This document shows positions 27,726 to 35,375 of a stretch of 64,000 nt of DNA, piece after piece (within the stretch, counting starts at the first letter, position 1; every line of letters begins with the position of its first letter). Both the position numbers and the translations under genes were made by a program. This DNA is from Minisyncoccia bacterium. GTDB lineage: Bacteria > Patescibacteriota > Minisyncoccia > UBA6257 > 2-01-FULL-56-20. The stretch lies in NCBI GenBank assembly GCA_050008535.1, contig JBEKML010000001.1, positions 391,050 to 455,049 on the forward strand. Direction: 5' to 3'. The notes under the pieces were generated by a model. The model had not been told where the DNA came from. It searched no databases and saw only the letters and a list, made by a program, of their open reading frames with translations.

Positions 27726-28844
27726 ATGAAAAAATTCATCCTTGGTGTCGGTGTGGTTGCGGTGCTTGTGCCGTTCGTGTCGTTCGGGGCGTACAAAAGC
27801 GCAGGGAAGAGCGTGGTTTTGAATGCAACGCAGCCGATAAACGACAATGCCTATGTTGCCGGCGGAAACGTTATGACTTCAGGCGTCATAAACGGTGATC
27901 TTCTCGCGGCGGGTGGATCGGTATTTGTATCCGGGAAAGTGGTCCGGGACGTCATGGCGGCGGGAGGCAACGTCACGCTTTCGGGAGTTTCCGCGGAAGA
28001 CGTCCGCATCGCGGGAGGCAATCTTAACGTCAGCGCCGTCTTGAGCGGCGAGCTCATGGCTGGCGGCGGAGAGGTTATCGTCACGCCGGACTCCAGGATC
28101 ACGAAGGATTCTGTGGTCGCCGGGGGATCGGTAACCTTCAATGGTGACGAGGCCGGAAATCTTGAAGTGTACGGGGGATCGGTCTACATCGGCGGTACGG
28201 TTGAAAAGAATTTGACCATTAAAGGATCGAAGGACATCACGATCGGTTCGGGCGCAGTTATTAAAGGAAATTTGGATTACACAAGTGTGAACGACGCCAC
28301 GATCGAAAGTGGTGCGCGGATCCTTGGCGCAAAAACGTTCCATAAGGTTGAGGCAAGCGCGCCAACAAATGTAGCCGGGCCTCTCGCTGCAGTTTTCACT
28401 TTCTGGTGGATCGCAAAGTTCCTTATGGCCCTTCTTGTCGCGTATCTCCTTTGGTATCTTTTCCGAAGCGATATGGTTGCGCTCATTACGGAAGCCGGAT
28501 CGCATTTCGGCAGGGAACTGCTCCGCGGTTTCATCTTTGCCGTCGTAATGCCCATAGCGATCATCATTGCCTGTGTTACCGTGGTCGGAGCTCTGGTTGG
28601 CGGCATTGCGGCGCTCGTCTATGCGGCACTCATCCTCCTCGCGTTCCCCGTCGCGATTCTCGTTGTTGCGTCACTTTTGAGGAAACGCAGGACCGATCTC
28701 CACTGGTACGGCATTCTCCTTGCAGCAGTGATCCTTGAGATCGTCGCGCTCATTCCGTTCGTTGGCTGCGTTGCGTGTCTCATCATATGTCTCGCCTCCC
28801 TCGGCGCATTGCTCAATGTTTTGCGCCGCCGATTTGCACGGTAG
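27726..28844 (+). CDS. bactofilin-like beta-helix repeat protein with C-terminal multi-TM domain
   Basis: Signal/TM N-terminus, repeated A(A)GGNV/GGSV units typical of the bactofilin/CcmA fold, then 4 TM helices. Confidence 0.6.
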   Translation: MKKFILGVGVVAVLVPFVSFGAYKSAGKSVVLNATQPINDNAYVAGGNVMTSGVINGDLLAAGGSVFVSGKVVRDVMAAGGNVTLSGVSAEDVRIAGGNLNVSAVLSGELMAGGGEVIVTPDSRITKDSVVAGGSVTFNGDEAGNLEVYGGSVYIGGTVEKNLTIKGSKDITIGSGAVIKGNLDYTSVNDATIESGARILGAKTFHKVEASAPTNVAGPLAAVFTFWWIAKFLMALLVAYLLWYLFRSDMVALITEAGSHFGRELLRGFIFAVVMPIAIIIACVTVVGALVGGIAALVYAALILLAFPVAILVVASLLRKRRTDLHWYGILLAAVILEIVALIPFVGCVACLIICLASLGALLNVLRRRFAR

Positions 28845-28964
28845 GTAAAACTAGACGTTATACGCCAAAGCATAAATCTAATCGGCGCGAAAATGAGTAA
28901 GGCGCACATCCAGCCGGGCTGGGCGTGCGCCTTAGAATGGTACGAATGCGAACTGCGGCCGACG

Positions 28965-29333
28965 CTAGCGGCCGCTGGATGCGGCTTGTGAGTGCCACCG
29001 CCCCCTCTTTCGCCAGCTTGTTGACTCTTGCCCGGCGGGCGCGTATGCCTGGTGGTTCAGGCCGTGCGCATCGTGTCCGGGTTTTGGAATGTGGGGGATG
29101 CCGGCGACCTGTTCCGGACGGGCGCCGTCTGTCCGGAATAACATCCCACCGATCCATTCGAAGACGGCGGACGGGTCAGCGGCGCTGCGCTCCGCAAGTC
29201 TCTTGTACCGCTTGCGGCGAGCGAGGTAATGCTCCGGCCCTCGTTGCGGGTTCGCAGCGGTGCCTATCGGCTGTTCGGAAGCCGAACGGAAGAACTGTCC
29301 CATACCTACTCCTTCCTTGTGGTATTCGCCCAC
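28965..29333 (-). CDS. hypothetical protein (questionable)
   Basis: ORF in a high-GC patch; alternative start MGQFFRSA at about 29303. Confidence 0.25.
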   Translation of the reverse strand: MGEYHKEGVGMGQFFRSASEQPIGTAANPQRGPEHYLARRKRYKRLAERSAADPSAVFEWIGGMLFRTDGARPEQVAGIPHIPKPGHDAHGLNHQAYAPAGQESTSWRKRGRWHSQAASSGR

Positions 29334-29397
29334 AAGTTCTGGACGCTAAAACAATAGTACTCCTCCAGTACTGCCGCATCAAGCGATGCCGAATCCA

Positions 29398-29443
29398 GTG
29401 CTCTTACTCGGTGCTCCGGCGGCTGGACGATATGAGAACTTGT
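29398..29443 (+). repeat. repeat copy F
   Basis: cttactcggtgctccggcggctggacgatatgagaacttgt. Confidence 0.6.
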
Positions 29444-29578
29444 CTACTCACCTAAAATCGTCAACGTTGCTGATGATCTTAGGTGGATGGGCAGAGGCAG
29501 CATGAGTGATGCTGCGTGCCCATTGATGGGCGTGTTTCGCGTTAGCGGCAATCCGCGGGTTGCGGCTAATGGGGCCGG

Positions 29579-30097
29579 TCATTCCGTGCCCTTGCCCAGA
29601 AGTTTTAAGGCGCGGGAGATCCTCCTCTCGGTCATCGCCTTGTCGTGGGTGTGCGCGAGGTATGCAGCCCGAAGCGGTTCGGTCCCGACGAGCCTAATGG
29701 CAAAAGCGTCAGCCATCTGATCCTCATATTCTCTCTCGCGTGCATTCGGGTTGGGATTGCGAGCATTTCTCGCAATATGCCCAAGTTCGTGGGCGAGGGC
29801 TCCAATGAGAGCGGCGTTTGAAAAGCGGGTGAAGGTGAAGCGTGAAGCGACGATGGTCGTTGTCTTCCGTCGACGTGATGCCGCCACAAAAGAACGTTCG
29901 TCTCCTTCCTGCACGCAAAGCTGGATCGGCATCGCCTGACTGCCGATTTTGAGCTGTAGTGCTTCGAGAAGCGCGTACGCGCGATGTCCGCTCTCCAGAA
30001 GAACACGTCCTGGAAATTCTTGGGTGCATTCGGCTGTACCGGCGTGGGCGGAGTTTGCGGAAAAAAGGAGAAACACCAGAGCGGCCAACTTTTTCAT
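29579..30097 (-). CDS. secreted HExxH zinc metallopeptidase-like protein
   Basis: Signal peptide MKKLAALVFLLFSANSAHA; HELGH motif. Confidence 0.55.
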   Translation of the reverse strand: MKKLAALVFLLFSANSAHAGTAECTQEFPGRVLLESGHRAYALLEALQLKIGSQAMPIQLCVQEGDERSFVAASRRRKTTTIVASRFTFTRFSNAALIGALAHELGHIARNARNPNPNAREREYEDQMADAFAIRLVGTEPLRAAYLAHTHDKAMTERRISRALKLLGKGTE

Positions 30098-30136
30098 CTT
30101 AAGTCTCCTGCCCGAAGTTTAGCACAAGGCCTATGT

Positions 30137-30625
30137 CTAATCCATTATTTGCGCAAAAAGCACCACATAATTCTTGCCGTATGCTTTGGCGCACTTCGGA
30201 CAAGTGGTATAGGAAAAATATAATTTTTTTAATCCCTTGCCCTTGCTTTTTACATATTCTTTCATCTCCTGCGCCCACTTGCCGACATTTTGATAGGGGC
30301 CTTCAAATACTTTAGTAAGAAATGTTCCTGAAAGTGTTGCCATTTGCGCGCCCGGAACACCTCCGGAAGCATCAATGTAAATATCCGCACCCCAGAGAGA
30401 TTTCTCATCAGTTAACATTAATTGCTGTGGCGCTTTGGCGCTTGCTTTCTCGATCAGTTTCATATTCTTGACCACCTTTCTCCCCATGTTAATGGGAATG
30501 TGCAAAAAGCTGGTGACATGATCCTTCACAAAAATTTTATCTTTCCAGATGATCTTTTTGTCCCGCCACGGTTCAGGATTAAACGGCTCGCAGCAACCGG
30601 TTGATTTTATTGTTTGATTAGCCAT
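30137..30625 (-). CDS. hypothetical protein (162 aa)
   Basis: ORF with normal composition; no family recognised. Confidence 0.5.
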   Translation of the reverse strand: MANQTIKSTGCCEPFNPEPWRDKKIIWKDKIFVKDHVTSFLHIPINMGRKVVKNMKLIEKASAKAPQQLMLTDEKSLWGADIYIDASGGVPGAQMATLSGTFLTKVFEGPYQNVGKWAQEMKEYVKSKGKGLKKLYFSYTTCPKCAKAYGKNYVVLFAQIMD

Positions 30626-30667
30626 ACCCTTATTCTACCAAAAAACCGCCCGATTAACGATTTTTAT

Positions 30668-30700
30668 TTGCTCCGGCGGGGCTGGAGGACGTTAGAACCT
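30668..30700 (+). repeat. repeat copy G
   Basis: ttgctccggcggggctggaggacgttagaacct, then TATAAT (30709-30714) and the ATG at 30727. Confidence 0.6.
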
Positions 30701-30726
30701 TTATTTGTTATAATCAAAAATATTGA

Positions 30727-31770
30727 ATGAATAGGATCTTCTTGGGTTTGTTGATTTTTGTGCCGCTTGCTATAGCAGCCCATTTTCTCGCCATCTCTCC
30801 GGTCGTTGTTTTCTTTTTGTGTGCTCTTGGCATCATTCCGCTTGCAAAATTCATTGGCGAAGCCACCGAAGAATTGTCCGTTCACGTGGGGTCGGCCCTT
30901 GGCGGATTGCTTAATGCGACTTTCGGTAACGCAACGGAGTTGATCATTGGGATATTCGCGATTAGAGCGGGGCTCATAGAAGTCGTAAGAGCGTCGCTAA
31001 CTGGTTCCGTTATCGGAAATCTGTTACTGGTGCTTGGCACCGCAATGTTTGCGGGAGGTCTCCGCCATAAAAAGCAGGAATTTAACAGGACTGCAGCGGT
31101 AGCGAGCGGGAGCTCTCTTTTTCTTGCGGTCATAGCGCTTGTTATTCCGACGATATTTCTACAGACTCTTTCGGCGGCGAACAGCGGCCTGATCAATGAA
31201 ATTAGTTGGATAATATCTCTTCTCATAATTGCCCTCTATGCTGCGGGATTATGGTTTTCGCTCTTTACGCACAAACACCTTTACACCGAAGAGGTTGGCA
31301 AGCTGGAAACGAAGTGGAGCACAAAAAAGAGCATCTCGATTCTGCTTGTCGCAACGCTTGCAGTCGCGTGGGTGAGCGAGATCCTGGTAGGCTCCATCGA
31401 GCCGCTTATCGCGCGTTTTGGGTGGACAGAGCTCTTCTTGGGAGTGGTATTTATCGCTATCATAGGCAACGCTGCAGAGCACGTCTCCGCGATTTCGATG
31501 GCAGTCAAAAATCGGATGGATCTTGCCCTTCAGGTTTCCATCGGTTCCGCAACACAGATCATTATGTTCGTCACGCCGTTTCTCGTGATCATCAGTTTGT
31601 TTTTCCCAACGCCGATGCCTTTGATATTCAAAATGCTGGAGATGGCCTCGATCGTCCTGTCGGTGGTCCTGATCAATCTCATAATAGCTGACGGGGAGAG
31701 CAATTGGCTCGAGGGATTGCAGCTTCTTGTGGCGTACGCCATCATGGCCGTCGCCTTTTTCTTTTCTTGA
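30727..31770 (+). CDS. Ca2+/H+ antiporter (CaCA family)
   Basis: Two GNATE/GNAAEH alpha-repeat motifs (FGNATELIIGI, IIGNAAEHVSAI); about 10 TM. Confidence 0.85.
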   Translation: MNRIFLGLLIFVPLAIAAHFLAISPVVVFFLCALGIIPLAKFIGEATEELSVHVGSALGGLLNATFGNATELIIGIFAIRAGLIEVVRASLTGSVIGNLLLVLGTAMFAGGLRHKKQEFNRTAAVASGSSLFLAVIALVIPTIFLQTLSAANSGLINEISWIISLLIIALYAAGLWFSLFTHKHLYTEEVGKLETKWSTKKSISILLVATLAVAWVSEILVGSIEPLIARFGWTELFLGVVFIAIIGNAAEHVSAISMAVKNRMDLALQVSIGSATQIIMFVTPFLVIISLFFPTPMPLIFKMLEMASIVLSVVLINLIIADGESNWLEGLQLLVAYAIMAVAFFFS

Positions 31771-31781
31771 GGAAGCAAAAA

Positions 31782-31812
31782 AACATCAGCTTTCGCTGAT
31801 GTTCGTCCTTTT
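31782..31812 (+). terminator. rho-independent terminator after CaCA gene
   Basis: aacatcagc tttc gctgatgtt followed by cgtccttttct. Confidence 0.5.
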
Positions 31813-31845
31813 CTGCTCCGGCAGCTGGACGACGTTAGAACCTGT
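31813..31845 (+). repeat. repeat copy H
   Basis: ctgctccggcagctggacgacgttagaacctgt; the stop of the minus gene lies 10 nt downstream. Confidence 0.6.
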
Positions 31846-31855
31846 CCGAGTTAGC

Positions 31856-32152
31856 TTACTTGTTCCCAGCCAGTAAAAGTTCTCTCACTTTTTTCCTGAG
31901 GCCGCCGGTCCTCGTAATACTATTTATATATATGGGTATAGGTGCCTTACGGGCATTTTCAATGCGCGTTTTAAGTTCGTTCGCAGAATAGGTTTTGTGA
32001 CCCCCCCGCAATTCTCCGATTTGATCGAGCGCGGTATATAGTTCATGGAAGTCCCGCGCCTCAGTAATAGATGGAAATTCATTTTCTTCTTGCGGGATGC
32101 GAGATGGCGTTTCTTCGGGGTCTTCCATCGCCGGTATTTGCTCGTGGTCCAT
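31856..32152 (-). CDS. hypothetical protein (98 aa)
   Basis: ORF only. Confidence 0.4.
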   Translation of the reverse strand: MDHEQIPAMEDPEETPSRIPQEENEFPSITEARDFHELYTALDQIGELRGGHKTYSANELKTRIENARKAPIPIYINSITRTGGLRKKVRELLLAGNK

Positions 32153-32170
32153 ATTCTTATTATACCTATT

Positions 32171-32752
32171 TTACCCTAGAATTAGTTTCGTAACCTCGGC
32201 CATTTTACGCGGATTCGCTTTCGCTTCGAGAATCCTGATCTTTAATTCTTGGTCGCCGAATTCGTCGCGCACAACCATGTTTACGAATTCCTCGAAATCC
32301 ACCAGCTTAAGTTCTATTTTTTCGGCCCCATCCAGACTTTGCTCTCCTACCTTCTTGCAACCCTTTGCAATAAAAGTATATACGGCCCAATCTATCTTGC
32401 TGACGGGCTGAACGGCGTCAAAGAGCAGCCACTCTTTGGCTTGGTATCCTGTCTCCTCAAGAAGCTCCCGTTGCGCGGTTTCTAACGCATCCTCTCCCTC
32501 ATCGATACGTCCTCCAATCAGTCCGATGAAAGGCTTTTTGCCCGGCTGCTCCTGGAGGCCCGCGATAATCTTCCCGTCTTCGGTAACGGGGACGATCATT
32601 GCCGTATCGGGCCTTTTGATCTTCTCGAACGTTCTCGTTGAACCGTCGTAACCCTTGACATCCCACTGGTAAACATCAAACAGAATGCCCCTGAACACCC
32701 TTTTGGCATCTTCCGGCATGGGCTGTTTTGAGGACGGTCTTACTATGTTCAC
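32171..32752 (-). CDS. NUDIX hydrolase
   Basis: Nudix box GGRIDEGEDALETAQRELLEETG. Confidence 0.8.
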   Translation of the reverse strand: MNIVRPSSKQPMPEDAKRVFRGILFDVYQWDVKGYDGSTRTFEKIKRPDTAMIVPVTEDGKIIAGLQEQPGKKPFIGLIGGRIDEGEDALETAQRELLEETGYQAKEWLLFDAVQPVSKIDWAVYTFIAKGCKKVGEQSLDGAEKIELKLVDFEEFVNMVVRDEFGDQELKIRILEAKANPRKMAEVTKLILG

Positions 32753-32804
32753 AGGACAAGTATATCGCCTTTTGCTACGCGGTGCGATTTATAGCTTGGG
32801 ATAC

Positions 32805-33809
32805 TTAGTGCGATTTAAGCACCTCATCCAGCCAGGAGTTTTGATAAAAGTCTCGAACCTTATCCATCACTTTGCTAAAAGCCCGTTTTCTCCAAAGACC
32901 GTTTTGATAATCAACGATGGTTTCCAGCAGCGGGTCGAGGTAATAGAGTTTCACGCGTTCGACCAGCTTTTTGGTCTCAAAAAGTGCGGGGTAATATTTC
33001 TTGAGCCAGTCCAATTCTCTCGTCATTTGATAACCCTCATAGAGTGATTCAAGCCGCCCTTCCACGGTGTAGAGGGGGTCATGGAACGTATCCAAAATTT
33101 TCCAGAGTTCAAAGTCTTTGGGCGCCTGGGCCACCCAGTCCAGATCTATGATTCCCGTAAGCCGATCGCCCTCGTAAAAAATGTTTTCCAGATGGATGTC
33201 GGAATGCGTGAGTACTGCAGTACCAATCTCATCCAGGCTGGCGATATGGTCGTGATAATATTTTTCTAGAACCTCTACGTTTACCAAAAGCTCCTTTGGG
33301 AGCTTTTCCTTTTGAAGGAGCCTGACTTCTTTCACGATGGGTTTCTCAATAGCCGCTCGCAAGTTTTGATACCGTTTCTCCGCTACTATCGGGATACAGT
33401 AACTATCAAAGGAAATTGAATGCCAGATTTGCAATTGCTCGGCAAGCTGGGCAATGAGCTTTTCTTTTTTAGTGTCCCCAAATGACATCCAGTCATCAGC
33501 CAGGTTATTCCCCCTTACCTTTTCCATGAGGATGTAGGGTTTTCCATCCACGCTGTCAAAGTCCAAGATCTTGGGCACCTTAGCGCCCTTAGCCAATAAT
33601 TGCGCGGTCAGGTCGGGCACGGGTTTGAGAAGCTCGTGCTGCGGCCCAAACTCGCTGTCACCCTCAATCTTGAGTATGTACTCATTGCCCAAGCCATAAA
33701 CGCGATTGACAACCCCGCTTAAGAAACGCTTGGCTTCCGGCAATTCTTTCAGCCCGTTTTTCTTAGCAACAAATGCAATTATTTTTGAGTCAAGAGCCTC
33801 CGCTTCCAT
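32805..33809 (-). CDS. aminoglycoside-phosphotransferase-like (APH/choline-kinase fold) kinase
   Basis: LTHSDIHLENIFY (HxDxxxxN catalytic loop) and IIDLDW (DxD). Confidence 0.75.
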   Translation of the reverse strand: MEAEALDSKIIAFVAKKNGLKELPEAKRFLSGVVNRVYGLGNEYILKIEGDSEFGPQHELLKPVPDLTAQLLAKGAKVPKILDFDSVDGKPYILMEKVRGNNLADDWMSFGDTKKEKLIAQLAEQLQIWHSISFDSYCIPIVAEKRYQNLRAAIEKPIVKEVRLLQKEKLPKELLVNVEVLEKYYHDHIASLDEIGTAVLTHSDIHLENIFYEGDRLTGIIDLDWVAQAPKDFELWKILDTFHDPLYTVEGRLESLYEGYQMTRELDWLKKYYPALFETKKLVERVKLYYLDPLLETIVDYQNGLWRKRAFSKVMDKVRDFYQNSWLDEVLKSH

Positions 33810-33827
33810 ACAAAGCTATTCTACCAG

Positions 33828-33870
33828 AATTTGCTCCGGCGGCTGGAGGATATGAGAACCTATTCTGTCT
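33828..33870 (+). repeat. repeat copy I
   Basis: tttgctccggcggctggaggatatgagaacctattctgtctgg. Confidence 0.6.
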
Positions 33871-33884
33871 GGGCCGCCGCTTTT

Positions 33885-34016
33885 TGTTAAAACAAAAGCC
33901 GATAGATGATCACAATAAGAGCAATCACAAGCAGTACATGAATCAATTTTCCCCCAATTTTGAAGCCGAATCCCAATAGCCAAAGAACGAATAAAACTAT
34001 AATGATTGTCCAAAGC
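33885..34016 (-). CDS. small membrane protein, UPF0391/DUF1328-like (43 aa)
   Basis: Own translation: MLWTIIIVLFVLWLLGFGFKIGGKLIHVLLVIALIVIIYRLLF. Not in the track, which shows a different-frame ORF 33816..34013. Confidence 0.45.
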
Positions 34017-34069
34017 ATATTTTTATTTCACCACCTTAAATGAAGCTACGGCGCCCGGGGGGATGTCGG

Positions 34070-34633
34070 CTATTTTGGTAGTGGTGAGTTAGGAAGAATA
34101 TTCGTCATATCGCTAAAAGTGATCCCTGCAGGAAGAGCGAATACGCTCGCGTTCGTGGTCCAATTACTACAGGAGTAATTAACTTTCTTATTCGGGTCGA
34201 ATCCCTGATTCGGGCCTGGGCCTTGCTGGTTCTCGGTCGTCGCGAGGGCCATTTTAACGCCCTCCTTTGTGGCGTCGGTCCACACGTAGCTCGTGTTGCC
34301 CAAGATGATCATGTGGCTCCCGATGGCCTTGCCCGAAACGACGGAAGTGAAATCACCCCGCAGTTGTCCCTGCGCCACATAGACGGTTCCCTCCGATGAG
34401 GCCGTGAGGCTCGTGGCATCGGTGAACGTGCATTTTTGGGAAGAGCCCAGGGCGAGCAATCCTTTAAGCGTCATGCCGCTTGCCGAGGATGGGGGAGGCG
34501 TGGTCCCGGGGGCTCCCGGGGTTCCTGCAGTTTGAGACGTTCCCGGCGTGGAAGATGGTTTGTAAAATATGAACATTGCGGCGGCGGCGACCACGACGAC
34601 GGCAATGAGCACGTATATTAGTTTTTTATTCAT
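34070..34633 (-). CDS. hypothetical secreted protein (membrane-anchored, Pro/Thr-rich linker)
   Basis: N-terminal TM helix followed by a PGTSQTAGTPGAPGTTPPPS linker. Confidence 0.5.
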   Translation of the reverse strand: MNKKLIYVLIAVVVVAAAAMFIFYKPSSTPGTSQTAGTPGAPGTTPPPSSASGMTLKGLLALGSSQKCTFTDATSLTASSEGTVYVAQGQLRGDFTSVVSGKAIGSHMIILGNTSYVWTDATKEGVKMALATTENQQGPGPNQGFDPNKKVNYSCSNWTTNASVFALPAGITFSDMTNILPNSPLPK

Positions 34634-34690
34634 AGATTTAAGTATAGCATGTTGGCTATTCGTTTCTTACCCACAGGTTTCATTATGGCC

Positions 34691-34748
34691 CTTGGTCTGT
34701 CCGATACTTTTACTCGGTGCTTCAGCGGCCGGACGATGTTAGAACCTG
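34691..34748 (+). repeat. repeat copy J (full length with flank)
   Basis: cttggtctgtccgatacttttactcggtgcttcagcggccggacgatgttagaacctg. The TTAGAA inside supplies the TAA stop and the last codons (..NRF*) of the minus gene 34739..35257. Confidence 0.65.
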
Positions 34749-35257
34749 TTTCCTGCGAGTTTTTTAACTGCCTCGATAAATGATTTCTTTCCGGCGGTAT
34801 ATTGCTCTCTGTCGTTTGGGTATTGCTTGGCAAGCCGTTGTTTCAAGTGAGCATAGGCCTTGGTCTTAGAGGGATGCGTTCTTAGAAAGTCACGGAATAA
34901 GAGATCGCTTTTCCATTTCGAGCCGTTATATTTCATAACATGAAGATAATGTGTCCGTTTTTTATCCGGACCTTTGGCGAAGAGGACCTGCCTCCTGAAT
35001 TTTCGGTAGAAGTGGTAACCCATCTCATCCAATGGTTTCACTAGTTTTTTCACATCCTTCAGCCGTCGCAGCCCGGCCGACATATCGATAATAGGCTTGG
35101 CATGCAATCCAGGAATCGCCGTGCTGCCGACATGTTGGATATCAACGACCATATCTCCTACGTGCGCAAGGAGTTTTTTCTTTTCACGTTCGAACGCAAC
35201 CTTCCATTGTTTGTGATATAGGATCAACTTAACCGTTCCGCGTTTAAGGCCGATCAT
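34739..35257 (-). CDS. GrpB family protein (UPF0157)
   Basis: HVGSTAIPGLHAKPIIDM motif; 172 aa. Confidence 0.75.
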   Translation of the reverse strand: MIGLKRGTVKLILYHKQWKVAFEREKKKLLAHVGDMVVDIQHVGSTAIPGLHAKPIIDMSAGLRRLKDVKKLVKPLDEMGYHFYRKFRRQVLFAKGPDKKRTHYLHVMKYNGSKWKSDLLFRDFLRTHPSKTKAYAHLKQRLAKQYPNDREQYTAGKKSFIEAVKKLAGNRF

Positions 35258-35283
35258 GTTTTTATATTATCACGAAAATTCTC

Positions 35284-35314
35284 CGCTCCGGCAGCTGGAC
35301 GATGTGAGAACCTG
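35284..35314 (+). repeat. repeat copy K
   Basis: cgctccggcagctggacgatgtgagaacctg. Confidence 0.6.
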
Positions 35315-35375
35315 GTTAGGGGTCAGCTAGGGGGGGCGTCGTAGACTATGTTCGAACGATTTTGGTTTACCAATC

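Noticed and set aside
26951-30714. The repeats as promoters (TATAAT directly follows copies D and G)
   Set aside because: Distance from the TGGACG-like hexamer to TATAAT is 13 nt in D and 20 nt in G. Nine of twelve copies sit at 3' ends of minus-strand genes rather than upstream of starts. The TATAAT boxes are more likely the cassette genes' own -10 elements.
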